Virus record (IMG/VR): IMGVR_UViG_3300032167_004205
Direction: 5' to 3' (one strand)
Length of the DNA: 23,617 nucleotides
Origin: an uncultured virus (IMG/VR IMGVR_UViG_3300032167_004205)
Lineage: Duplodnaviria; Heunggongvirae; Uroviricota; Caudoviricetes
How positions within the stretch are numbered: the first letter of the stretch is position 1; each line of letters opens with the position of its first letter. Below are positions 1 to 8,959 of this stretch, piece after piece. The notes beneath the pieces were generated by a model. It had not been told where the DNA came from, ran no database searches, and saw only the letters and a program-made list of their open reading frames with translations. Both the position numbers and the translations under genes were made by a program.

Positions 1-1
1 A

Positions 2-265
2 TATCAGGCCCTAGAAGGCACCTACAAGCCGTTTATTCTTGCCGGGGCATCCAAGGAGCCTGAAACCGATTTAACCGCCCTGTACGTCCCTCAGAGCGAA
101 TTAGAGGTAGGTTTGCGCATCCTGGAAGAAAATGCGCCCCTTTATCAGGAAATTAAGTCGGGTAATCGAGAGCCTTCCCGATGTGAGAACTGCGCATACT
201 GTCGCAGAACAAAGAAATTAACCAGTATTAACCACTACAAGGAGGGCTACTATGTCTTTGAATAA
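2..265 (+). CDS. C-terminal part of a PD-(D/E)XK exonuclease (DUF3799/RecE-like), truncated by the window edge
   Basis: Own translation of frame 2: YQALEGTYKPFILAGASKEPETD...EPSRCENCAYCRRTKKLTSINHYKEGYYVFE*. The YQ..P.I.A.SKE..D and P.RCxxCxYCR.TK.L pattern resembles phage DUF3799 proteins; overlaps the ssb start. Confidence 0.6.
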   Translation, partial: YQALEGTYKPFILAGASKEPETDLTALYVPQSELEVGLRILEENAPLYQEIKSGNREPSRCENCAYCRRTKKLTSINHYKEGYYVFE

Positions 266-632
266 AATCATCATCATGGGCCGTTTGGCGCAAGATCCTG
301 AAATCAGACAGGTTTCTTCCGGTTCGAGCGCAGCCAATTTCACACTGGCCGTCGCCCGTGATTTTAAAAATAAGCAAACCAACGAGCGTGAAACGGATTG
401 GATCGATGTGGTCGCTTGGGACAGCAAAGCTGATTTTGCCAAGAATTATTTGAGCAAAGGTCGCAATGTTGTCGCAGAAGGACGCCTTCAGATCCGTAAA
501 TGGGAGGACAGCGAAGGGAAGAAACGCACCTCCGCAGAAGTAGTCGCCAGCAACCTTTATTTTGCGGATTCTAAGCAGCAATCAACAGCTGAGTCCACAA
601 ACGATATGATCACCGACGACATACCGTTTTAA
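252..632 (+). CDS. ssb: Single-stranded DNA-binding protein
   Basis: LNKIIIMGRLAQDPEIR, FTLAVAR, TDWIDVVAW, EGRLQIRKW and acidic DDIPF tail; RBS GGAGG upstream. Confidence 0.97.
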   Translation: MSLNKIIIMGRLAQDPEIRQVSSGSSAANFTLAVARDFKNKQTNERETDWIDVVAWDSKADFAKNYLSKGRNVVAEGRLQIRKWEDSEGKKRTSAEVVASNLYFADSKQQSTAESTNDMITDDIPF

Positions 633-646
633 GGGAGGGATCTCAT

Positions 647-1042
647 TTGGAGAGAGATTTCACCTTCCGAAGAGGCGATATTTGCTGGTACCGTGACCCG
701 ATGCCGAGTGGCGATAGTTACGTGTTACACGAAACTCGGCCCGCTGTGGTCATATCGTCCGATACATACAACGAAAAATCAGGTACGGTGGTCATCATTC
801 CGATGACGAGGAACACCACTCGCCGTTGTTTTTCCAATCAAATTGATATTGTGATAGACGGCATACGCAGCCGTATTCGCTGCGATCAAGTCCGTGTGAC
901 GGATAAATCAACCTTGTTTCCGCCCCATGCGAAGCTGGACGATACAGCCCTGGAAGCGCTGGAGGATGCACTTCTGAATGCATTAGGCTTCAACATGGAG
1001 AAAAAATCAACCGCTACCCTGGCGGTGATGTATGATTGTTGA
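647..1042 (+). CDS. PemK/MazF-family toxin-like endoribonuclease (no adjacent antitoxin)
   Basis: RRGDICW...TRPAVVISSDTYN...TVVIIPMT...CDQVRVTDK matches the PemK/MazF pattern; TTG start after GGGAGG. Confidence 0.85.
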   Translation: MERDFTFRRGDICWYRDPMPSGDSYVLHETRPAVVISSDTYNEKSGTVVIIPMTRNTTRRCFSNQIDIVIDGIRSRIRCDQVRVTDKSTLFPPHAKLDDTALEALEDALLNALGFNMEKKSTATLAVMYDC

Positions 1043-2391
1043 CGCTCCGAGACTATCAGCAAGATCTATATAACAAAACAAAGGCAGCGTTCCGAGAAGG
1101 AAAGCGCCGGGTATTGGTCTGTGCTCCATGTGGCGCCGGAAAAACAGCCATTGCTGCCGCGATGATGCAGGCTGCCCTGGATGGCAATAGGGAAGGGGAG
1201 TGCCTGATGCTGGTCCACCGGCTTGAGCTGATGAACCAGCATATCGAAACTCTGGCCGGGTATGGAGTAGACACCTCCCGTATTCGGATCGCATCCGTTT
1301 TTACGGAAGCCCGCCGCCTGGGGAAGCACAAAACCCCTCTTTTGTTAGTTCTGGATGAAAGCCATCTCGCCCGTGCGGCCAGTTGGGAAAAGGTTGTGGA
1401 GCATTACAATACATGGACAGTTGGGTTTACGGCCACGCCGGTAAGACTCGATGGTCGCCCGCTTAACCCACCCTTCGAAACGCTTGTTCAAGGCATCACA
1501 CATAAGGAATTGGAAGCGATAGGGCGGTTGGCACCTTACGACTATTACGCGCCTTGCGAGCTGGATCTATTCCATGTAAAAAAGCGTGCCGGCGACTATG
1601 CTGCCAATGAACTGGAAGACTTGGTATGTAACCGCACCATTTATGGCGATGTATTGAAATCCTATCGGAAGTTTGCGGAAGGGAAGAAGGCTATTGCGTT
1701 CTGTGTGAGCGTAAGGCACAGCAGGGAAGTGGCTGACATGTTCAATGCGGCCGGAATCCCTGCAGCCAGTTTGGACGGTTCCATGAGCAAAGCGGCTCGG
1801 TCAGAGATTATGCGAAAATTCCGTGAAAAAGGGATTCAAATCCTGACCAGCTGCAACATCATTTCGGAAGGGATCAGTGTGGATGAGTGTGAGTGCTGTA
1901 TGCTGCTCAGACCCACAGATAGCTTGGCTTTGTATATCCAGCAAGCGTGTCGCTGCCTTCGGTATATGGACGGCAAACGGGCTGTTATCTTAGATTTCTG
2001 TGGGAACTACTCACGGCATAACCTTCCGAGTTCTAATAGAGAATGGAATATAGTTTCTAATATAAAACCTAATAGAGAGTTTAACCCGGATGGATCTCTC
2101 ACGCTCCGTGTTTGTGGGTACTGTTTCAAAACCTTCGAAACGGCTCCGAATTGCCCGTTTTGTGGGGAAGAGTATGAGTTGAAGCCACGTGAAATCAAGC
2201 AAATGCGTGAGGTGGCGCTGGCTTGTATCGACAAAGAAAAGTTCGAAGCCGAGCAAGCCAGAAAAGCCCGAGTTGCCATAGATATTCGGAATGCCCGGTG
2301 TTTCGAAGACCTGCTCCGGATAGAAAAAGTATATGGGTATGGTAGGGGATGGGCCAGAATACGGGCCAGGCTGAGAGGGTACCCATACTAA
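1036..2391 (+). CDS. SF2 DEAD/DEAH-box helicase (phage ResIII/RadD-like) with C-terminal zinc ribbon
   Basis: Q motif LRDYQ, Walker A APCGAGKT, DESH, TATP, SEG, QQACRCLR, and CGYC/CPFC Zn ribbon. Confidence 0.92.
   Translation: MLTLRDYQQDLYNKTKAAFREGKRRVLVCAPCGAGKTAIAAAMMQAALDGNREGECLMLVHRLELMNQHIETLAGYGVDTSRIRIASVFTEARRLGKHKTPLLLVLDESHLARAASWEKVVEHYNTWTVGFTATPVRLDGRPLNPPFETLVQGITHKELEAIGRLAPYDYYAPCELDLFHVKKRAGDYAANELEDLVCNRTIYGDVLKSYRKFAEGKKAIAFCVSVRHSREVADMFNAAGIPAASLDGSMSKAARSEIMRKFREKGIQILTSCNIISEGISVDECECCMLLRPTDSLALYIQQACRCLRYMDGKRAVILDFCGNYSRHNLPSSNREWNIVSNIKPNREFNPDGSLTLRVCGYCFKTFETAPNCPFCGEEYELKPREIKQMREVALACIDKEKFEAEQARKARVAIDIRNARCFEDLLRIEKVYGYGRGWARIRARLRGYPY
2033..2080. repeat. 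Four imperfect 12-bp AT-rich tandem repeats inside the helicase gene
   Basis: CTAATAGAGAAT / GGAATATAGTTT / CTAATATAAAAC / CTAATAGAGAGT at 2033, 2045, 2057, 2069. Confidence 0.6.
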
Positions 2392-2397
2392 GACAAG

Positions 2398-2739
2398 CTA
2401 TTCCTCCTGAGGATACTGGCGGTACTTGTCGATTAGCAACAAATCATAACCGTATTGGATTACACGATTTCGCCCTTCTTGGTTTAGTTCTAATAGTTTT
2501 GGCATGAAACACGAATCAAAACTTTCGATATTCACTTCTTCCGGGAATATCAAGAACCAAGGGGATACGCCGAAGCGCAGATAAAATCTACGTAGCACGT
2601 CAGTTTTGAAATTGACAATTGCTCCTGATTCATATTTTTGGATTGCTGATTTTTTCACGCCCAGAATATCGCCTAATTCTTCCTGCGTTAAGTTATTCTG
2701 GGCGCGGATTAGTTTAATAATTTCACCTGTTGTTGCCAA
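2398..2739 (-). CDS. Xre/Cro-CI family HTH transcriptional regulator
   Basis: IKLIRAQNNLTQEELGDILGVKKSAIQKYESG is an HTH_3 signature; probable TTG start at 2739 preceded by GGAGGT. Confidence 0.92.
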   Translation of the reverse strand: MATTGEIIKLIRAQNNLTQEELGDILGVKKSAIQKYESGAIVNFKTDVLRRFYLRFGVSPWFLIFPEEVNIESFDSCFMPKLLELNQEGRNRVIQYGYDLLLIDKYRQYPQEE

Positions 2740-2798
2740 TGTAAGACCTCCAAGAATTACCACTATTCTAATGATTAATATCTATATTACTATCATGA

Positions 2799-2856
2799 TG
2801 TATTAAAAATACGCAAGTACAAATATTTTCCTATCTATAAGCGTATTTTAAATACA
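2799..2856. promoter_or_regulatory. Pair of palindromic operator-like sites GTATT-N3-AATAC in the divergent intergenic region
   Basis: TGTATTAAAAATACGC (2799-2814) and GCGTATTTTAAATACA (2841-2856) are 15/16 reverse complements of each other, and each has a palindromic core. Confidence 0.7.
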
Positions 2857-2877
2857 CCTTTCGTGGAGAGATGCTAA

Positions 2878-3249
2878 ATGTCCAAAAGCGAGCACAGAAT
2901 CCAGGACGAAGTGCGAAAACTCGTTTCAGAACATTGCAAAGGAGTCATTTTCCGCACCAATGCTGGATCTGCATATGCTGGAGATAAGATTTTCAGCCCG
3001 GAATATGGGCAGCACATATTAAAAAATCTCAGACCATATAAAGGGTTGCCGAAAGGCTTTCCCGACTTACTATACATAGGCCCAGGCCAAACGACTATTT
3101 TTATTGAGGTTAAAACAGACACAGGTAAATTAAGCAAGGAACAGGAACGTTTCCATGCGATGTTAAACCGCAATGGTTTCCCCGTCTGCGTAGCCCGCTC
3201 GGCGAGGGAGGCTGTTGATTTTGTCAATAACAGGGAGGCGTTATCGTGA
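2878..3249 (+). CDS. VRR-NUC domain nuclease
   Basis: SEHRIQ..., FRTNAG, GLPKGFPDL, FIEVKTDTGKLSKEQERF: PD-(D/E)XK VRR-NUC pattern. Confidence 0.92.
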   Translation: MSKSEHRIQDEVRKLVSEHCKGVIFRTNAGSAYAGDKIFSPEYGQHILKNLRPYKGLPKGFPDLLYIGPGQTTIFIEVKTDTGKLSKEQERFHAMLNRNGFPVCVARSAREAVDFVNNREALS

Positions 3250-3431
3250 CGATCAACTATGACAAGCTGCAAGATTCTTTAGAGTATATAAAGCGTCTTT
3301 GTGAGGACCAACAAAACGGGTGTGCCGGTTGTCCATTGGGAGATAAATATGGCACGTGTAAGTTATCCATTGCTCCTACAGAATGGAGACCCCGTCATCC
3401 GAAAACAGATGCTTTTCGGGTACTAGAATAG
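3246..3431 (+). CDS. Small Cys-rich phage hypothetical protein
   Basis: 61 aa with C..CxxCPL..C..P.EW; GTG start overlaps the VRR-NUC stop (GTGA); RBS GGGAGG. Confidence 0.7.
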   Translation: MTINYDKLQDSLEYIKRLCEDQQNGCAGCPLGDKYGTCKLSIAPTEWRPRHPKTDAFRVLE

Positions 3432-3460
3432 TTAAAACTACATAGCAGGAGTGATTCAAC

Positions 3461-5707
3461 GTGAAAGTAAACGTTCAGAATATTCCCGAATCGCTCCGCA
3501 ATCATGCGCTTTGGTGTTGTTGGAAACTGGAGGATCGGAATGGGAAACCCACAAAGGTTCCTTATAATCCGCTCTCTTCCGGGCGTGCGATGTCCAATAA
3601 CCGGAGCACATTCGGAACCTTTGAGCAAGCCGTTTTCGCCAGAGATATGAAGGGATATGACGGAATTGGCATCGGGATCTTTGATGAAATCTGTGCCATA
3701 GACATTGATCACTGTATTCAGGACGGCGTCTTCAGTGAGCTTGCCAAAAAAGTATATTCCATAATGGACAGCTATACCGAAATCAGTCCGTCAGGGGAAG
3801 GCTTGCGCATCCTGTTTCGAGCACCTGGTTTTCGGTACGAGAAAGATAAATATTATATCAATCATCAAAAAATAGGTCTGGAAATCTATGTTTCCGGCTT
3901 CACAAACAAATACGTTACGGTCACGGGCAATACTGTACATCCATGCGGGATAGAAAACCGCACAGAGGAGTTACAGAAAGTCCTTGACCTTTTTATGTGC
4001 CGTGATGTTCCGCAAAATCAGATTTTGACGAAGGAAACTCATCTTCCAGCTGTCAGTCTGAGCGATCAGGAGCTTTGCATGAGGGCAGAAAATGCCAGTA
4101 ACGGCCACCTGTTTCGAACCCTCATGTCCGGCAATACCATGGGGTACGACGGAGACCACAGCAAAGCGGATTTGGCCCTTTGCAACCTCCTGGCGTTCTA
4201 TACCAAAGATGCGCACCAAATTGACCGAATCTTTAGAAGTTCCGGACTTATGCGAGAAAAATGGGACCGGAAAACAGGGAGCAGCACCTATGGAGAAATA
4301 ACCATCCAGTGTGCGTTGAGTCGTGTAATGGGTCAATACAGCCCCCGGCCGGAGCAAGCTATGAATGCGCCTTCTGAACCTATAACAACGGTCGTTCCGA
4401 AAGAAGGCGATATCGGTGTCCCGGTCGGACCCCACGATGTGCTTCTGATCCCGACCAAAAATGGGTATGAAAAGTCGGCTCGGAATGCCCTTCGTATCCT
4501 CCAGCAAGATCCAACCTTGGCCGACCGGATTTACTACGATTCTTTCCGCTGTACGATTCGTGTCCGGGGGCAGCTGCCATGGCCAAGTGAACCCGGCCCG
4601 CGCGACTGGGATAACTCGGACGATTCGATGCTTCGAAACTATGTGGAGAATTATGTGGTGGATATTGCCCATACAAAGGTCAATGACGCCCTTACGGAGG
4701 CTGCGAAACATTGCGCCACTGACCCTCTGAGAGACTTCCTGGATGGGTTGGAATGGGACGGCAAGCCCCGCATCGCCACCGCGCTGAATGAGTATCTGGG
4801 CGTGGAGCAGTCGGAATGGTCCGCACGGGTTCTGAAACACTGGTTGGTGGGCGCCGTCACGCGAGGGTACGAGCCAGGCTGCAAGCTGGATGAGGTACTG
4901 TTGCTCTATGGAGGGCAAGGGGTAGGGAAGAGCACCTTCATCTCCCGATTTTGTCCGGACACTGACTTTTTCCTTGAAAACCTTGCCCGTATTGATGATA
5001 AAGATGCCCTGCAGGTGCTCCGCGGGAAATGGGTCGTTGTCTTCGATGAGATGTTAGCCCAGAAACGGAGCGATATGCGTGAACTTTCGAAGTCCTTTCT
5101 TGTAAGTCGGGTCGATACGTTCCGGCCCGCTTACGGCCGGAGATTTGAGAATCATAAACGCCGCTGCTGTTTTGCGGCAACAACAAACGAAAAATATATG
5201 CTGACCGACCGTACCGGAAACAGGAGGTATCTTCCGGTCACATGCAATAAGAATATGGCCACTAAGAACCATCTGATTTTCGATTATTCCGAAGAGTCCA
5301 CAAACGAGTTTATGCAGATGGTGGCCGAAGCTGTCTGGATCTACAAGAACGAGGATTACACACTGGCGGTCACAGGCGAGTTTTTGGCGATGCAGAACCA
5401 GGAACTTGCTCGGTACTTGGAAGAAGATAGCCGAGAGGGTCTAATTTCGGCGTATTTGGCCCAAACGACCGCAGAGAGGGTTTGTATACCGAAGATCTCT
5501 TTTGAGGCGCTAGGAGGCTCTAAAACGCCAAGCAAGCGTGAAGTGAACGAGCTCCATGAGCTGATGCGTGGAATGCCAGGATGGACTCTTTATGATAAAA
5601 ATGGTGGCCGCGCCCGTTGTGGGGAGTACGGCATCCAAACTTGTTATGTCCGCCGTGTGCAACCGCCACCGCCTAACACCACACTTATGAAAGGGGAGCT
5701 TTTATAA
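3461..5707 (+). CDS. NrS-1-type primase-polymerase fused to a VirE/VapE-like helicase
   Basis: N-terminal WCCW..KVP, GIGI, IDIDHC, SYTEISPSGEG; helix-bundle-type DHSKADLALCNLLAF..DRIFRSSGLMREKWD; C-terminal LEWDGKPR, PGCKLD, GGQGVGKST, DE, FRPAYGR, TDRTGNRR. Confidence 0.88.
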   Translation: MKVNVQNIPESLRNHALWCCWKLEDRNGKPTKVPYNPLSSGRAMSNNRSTFGTFEQAVFARDMKGYDGIGIGIFDEICAIDIDHCIQDGVFSELAKKVYSIMDSYTEISPSGEGLRILFRAPGFRYEKDKYYINHQKIGLEIYVSGFTNKYVTVTGNTVHPCGIENRTEELQKVLDLFMCRDVPQNQILTKETHLPAVSLSDQELCMRAENASNGHLFRTLMSGNTMGYDGDHSKADLALCNLLAFYTKDAHQIDRIFRSSGLMREKWDRKTGSSTYGEITIQCALSRVMGQYSPRPEQAMNAPSEPITTVVPKEGDIGVPVGPHDVLLIPTKNGYEKSARNALRILQQDPTLADRIYYDSFRCTIRVRGQLPWPSEPGPRDWDNSDDSMLRNYVENYVVDIAHTKVNDALTEAAKHCATDPLRDFLDGLEWDGKPRIATALNEYLGVEQSEWSARVLKHWLVGAVTRGYEPGCKLDEVLLLYGGQGVGKSTFISRFCPDTDFFLENLARIDDKDALQVLRGKWVVVFDEMLAQKRSDMRELSKSFLVSRVDTFRPAYGRRFENHKRRCCFAATTNEKYMLTDRTGNRRYLPVTCNKNMATKNHLIFDYSEESTNEFMQMVAEAVWIYKNEDYTLAVTGEFLAMQNQELARYLEEDSREGLISAYLAQTTAERVCIPKISFEALGGSKTPSKREVNELHELMRGMPGWTLYDKNGGRARCGEYGIQTCYVRRVQPPPPNTTLMKGELL

Positions 5708-6028
5708 ATGGCATGGACCACACAACTGGAACGCGCCGCTGCAGATGGCAAATCTATCCCTTCAGGTCTAACGACAGGGGAGATGGCCTTGTATGTAGCT
5801 ATCCGCGGGTTATATAGCCAGGTAAGAAGTGGCGCGTTGGATAAAGAAACCGCACGTAAGGAAAAGAAACGCTTGATCACTGAGTTTAGCAAAGTGGAAG
5901 GGATGCTGAACTCTATGGAACGCTCTCGCAAGGCTTTGGCATGGCTGAATGTAGAGATCGAAGAGGGCGACTGCCCGAAATGCCGTGAACTGAAAAAGAT
6001 GATCATGCAGTTGGAAAACTGCTTCTGA
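5708..6028 (+). CDS. Phage hypothetical protein
   Basis: 106-aa ORF directly after the primase stop, RBS GGGGAG, C-terminal CPKC. Confidence 0.7.
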   Translation: MAWTTQLERAAADGKSIPSGLTTGEMALYVAIRGLYSQVRSGALDKETARKEKKRLITEFSKVEGMLNSMERSRKALAWLNVEIEEGDCPKCRELKKMIMQLENCF

Positions 6029-6045
6029 TAGGAGGAAACACCATA

Positions 6046-6606
6046 ATGGAAAGCTACTGCGGAAACTTCCGTTGCGCCAAATATGACGAAACAAACGATT
6101 ACTATGCGACAGAGCCGAAAGCGACGGAGCTGCTTCTGGAGTTGGAGAAGTTTTCCGATAAAATCTGGGAGCCAGCCTGTGGCGAAGGTCACATGGCCGA
6201 AGTGCTCAAAGCGCATGGTTATGAAGTGGTGGCGACCGATCTGATCGACCGGGGCTATGGTAAAGGCGGCGTGGATTTCCTTTCGGTTGTGCCTCGCAAT
6301 GACGGCTACGACTGCGACATTGTTACGAACCCGCCCTATAAATACGCCCGTGAGTTTGTCCAAAAGGCGCTGGAACTGGTTCAGCCGGGTCGGAAAGTGG
6401 CAATGTTTCTGAAACTTCAATTTTTGGAGGGTCAGGCCCGCCGCATTCTGTTCCGTGATAACCCGCCTATGACGGTATACGTCAGCTCCAGTCGACTCCA
6501 GTGCGGAAAAAACGGCGTGTTTGAAGGGAGTTCCACTGTGGCCTATGCCTGGTATATCTGGCAGAAGGGTCACATCGGCCCCACTTACATCAAATGGTTT
6601 AACTAA
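6046..6606 (+). CDS. Small phage amino-DNA methyltransferase (probably N6-adenine)
   Basis: DYYATEP, SAM-binding WEPACGEG, catalytic TNPPY; RBS AGGAGG. Confidence 0.85.
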   Translation: MESYCGNFRCAKYDETNDYYATEPKATELLLELEKFSDKIWEPACGEGHMAEVLKAHGYEVVATDLIDRGYGKGGVDFLSVVPRNDGYDCDIVTNPPYKYAREFVQKALELVQPGRKVAMFLKLQFLEGQARRILFRDNPPMTVYVSSSRLQCGKNGVFEGSSTVAYAWYIWQKGHIGPTYIKWFN

Positions 6607-6618
6607 GGAGATAAAGTC

Positions 6619-6699
6619 ATGGATTACCTAGATATTATACGAAGAGCTTTTTGGGGGAGTGTGATTGTCTTGGTGTGCTTTATCTGTCTTACAGGCTGA
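6619..6699 (+). CDS. Putative 26-aa hydrophobic membrane peptide
   Basis: MDYLDIIRRAFWGSVIVLVCFICLTG*, with AAGGAG 8 nt upstream of the ATG; fills the gap between the two MTase genes. Confidence 0.5.
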   Translation: MDYLDIIRRAFWGSVIVLVCFICLTG

Positions 6700-6723
6700 A
6701 ACTAAAGGAAGGACGTGTAGCGA

Positions 6724-8925
6724 TTGAGCATGACTTTAGGTAGTTTGTTTGACGGCTCAGGCGGGTTTCCGCTGGCCGGCAGTATGTGTGGTTTCAAACC
6801 GCTGTGGGCTTCTGAGATAGAACCTTACCCCATCGCTGTGACCCGCAGCCGTTTTCCTGATATGCAGCACTTGGGCGATATCAGCAAGATAGACGGTGGG
6901 AAGATCCCGCCGGTGGATATCATCACCTTTGGTTCACCTTGCCAGGATTTATCGGTGGCAGGGAAGAGGGCTGGCCTGAAACATGAGGGCCATGGTGATG
7001 AAGAAACGACCAGAAGTGGACTGTTTATGGAAGCCGTCCGAATTATTAAAGAAATGAGGAAAGCTACCGATGACAATTATCCGAGATTCGCACTCTGGGA
7101 AAACGTACCGGGTGCCTTCAGCAGCAACAAAGGGGAGGACTTCCGCGTCGTCCTCGAAGAACTTATCAAAATTGTCGAGCCGGATGCCGTTATGCCTGAC
7201 GTTCCGGAAAAAGGATGGGCATACGCAGACAGTTTCCGGGGAGACGGATGGAGTCTTTCTTACCGAGTTTTTGACACGCAATACTGGCCCCGCACCCCTC
7301 AGCGCAGAAAACGTATATACCTTGCAGCAGATTTTGGAGGTCAATGTGCCGGGGAAATACTCTTTGAGCGCGAAGGCTTGCGAGGGGATTATGCGACGGG
7401 CCGAGCGCCGTGGGAAGACGTTGCCACCGGAACTGAAAGCGGCATTAGAGGAGACGATCAGGCAGTCACATACGGTGTCGTAACCAAAGGAAACGGAGAT
7501 TGCTTCCTCTCAAAAGAACGGCATACGTCGTTATCAACAGGAGGTGGACAAGCAGGGCAGGGATATCCATGTGTGATGCAGCCTATCGCCTACGAAAGTC
7601 ATCCCCAAGAAGGAACGGCTGACACCCCGATTATCTGTATGGCTACCCAACAAGGGGGCGCCGAAATCACAGAGAATGGGGTATGTCCTACCATTACAGC
7701 CGCGGCCGGCATGAGTGGGAATAATCAACCGTGGATCTGCTGGCCACAAAAAGCTCACACCCTATCGGCTCGGCATGATGGATCACCACAGCCAGATAAG
7801 GGGAATGGCGCCAATATTATCGTCCAGGCCGCGGGTTTCAAGGCTGGCCAAGGTGTAAATGCTCGCAGTATCGGTTATGAAGAGGAACGCACCCCGACAA
7901 TCGCGGCAGAGGCTGGTGGAAACAGTATCCCATCGGTATGTATCACGGAAGCTCTGCCATTCGACACCACACAGGTCACCAGTCCCCAGAACGGCTGCCA
8001 TCCGAAATGGGGAGATCCGTGCCATCCACTTGCATCTCAGGCACACGCCCCATCCGTGGTGGCTGCCGTCTATGATGCCAGAGGCAATGGTGATGGCCAG
8101 ATTGTCAGCACGATCACCGGTGACCATAACGGACATATTTCAGACTATACCGCTGTTGTAGTCGAACCAGCTTACAGTATTCAGGGCAATACTGTGGACC
8201 GTGAAGCCAAGCAAAATGGGATGGGGATATCGAAAGATGTTGCCCATACACTGAATGCCACAGACCGCCACGTCACCGCTTTCTCGATGCAGAGCTTTGG
8301 TGATTATAAAGAAAGTGACCAAGCCAGCGGATTGAAAGCCAGGGATTATAAGGATGCAACCGATTTGGTCATTGAGCAGAACGGCTTTCAGAACACAGGT
8401 CAGGGCTGGTGGAATGACGAGGAAATCGCAGCCACGTTACGGACGCCATGTGGCGGAGATTCGACAAAGGCTAATGTGATTGTCAGCAGGGAAGAGGCAT
8501 TCGGTGTGGATTGCCGCAACATGAATGAGTACCCAGAACTATACCCTACGCTCCAAGCCAAACCGAACGGTGGCCAATCCCTCAATTTCTCCGGAGCTGT
8601 CCGGGTTCGCTATATCGTTCGCCGCCTGACGCCGACCGAGTGTGCAAGGCTGCAAGGCTTTGCAGACCGTTGGGGCGATATTGACTGGAAGGAAGACTTC
8701 ACTGATGAAGAATACCGTTTCTGGCTGGATATTCGAAACACCCACGCCGCCATCAATGGCAAAATGGTCAAGGATTATACCAAGGCACAAATGTTGAAAT
8801 GGTATAACAAGCTCGGAACGGACAGCGCAGAATATAAAATGTGGGGAAACGGGCTGGCGCTTCCACCTACATTGTATGTCATGCAGGGGATCTACGATGC
8901 GGCGAAAAAGAATACCGCAGCCTAA
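6724..8925 (+). CDS. DNA (cytosine-5) methyltransferase with a very long modular variable region
   Basis: Motif I SLFDGSGG, IV GSPCQDLS, VI ENV, VIII QRRKR, IX RRLTPTECARLQGF, X GNG; roughly 400 aa between VIII and IX. Start may be ATG 6730. Confidence 0.93.
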   Translation: MSMTLGSLFDGSGGFPLAGSMCGFKPLWASEIEPYPIAVTRSRFPDMQHLGDISKIDGGKIPPVDIITFGSPCQDLSVAGKRAGLKHEGHGDEETTRSGLFMEAVRIIKEMRKATDDNYPRFALWENVPGAFSSNKGEDFRVVLEELIKIVEPDAVMPDVPEKGWAYADSFRGDGWSLSYRVFDTQYWPRTPQRRKRIYLAADFGGQCAGEILFEREGLRGDYATGRAPWEDVATGTESGIRGDDQAVTYGVVTKGNGDCFLSKERHTSLSTGGGQAGQGYPCVMQPIAYESHPQEGTADTPIICMATQQGGAEITENGVCPTITAAAGMSGNNQPWICWPQKAHTLSARHDGSPQPDKGNGANIIVQAAGFKAGQGVNARSIGYEEERTPTIAAEAGGNSIPSVCITEALPFDTTQVTSPQNGCHPKWGDPCHPLASQAHAPSVVAAVYDARGNGDGQIVSTITGDHNGHISDYTAVVVEPAYSIQGNTVDREAKQNGMGISKDVAHTLNATDRHVTAFSMQSFGDYKESDQASGLKARDYKDATDLVIEQNGFQNTGQGWWNDEEIAATLRTPCGGDSTKANVIVSREEAFGVDCRNMNEYPELYPTLQAKPNGGQSLNFSGAVRVRYIVRRLTPTECARLQGFADRWGDIDWKEDFTDEEYRFWLDIRNTHAAINGKMVKDYTKAQMLKWYNKLGTDSAEYKMWGNGLALPPTLYVMQGIYDAAKKNTAA

Positions 8926-8959
8926 AAACACCTAATTATATACATTAACGAGCACTGCC

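Noticed and set aside
3971..6573. Antisense ORFs of 315 and 309 aa over the primase and MTase genes
   Set aside because: They overlap well-supported plus-strand genes and show no motifs.
6046..8925. Restriction-modification system
   Set aside because: No adjacent restriction endonuclease; VRR-NUC is a typical phage replication/recombination nuclease, so these look like orphan phage MTases.
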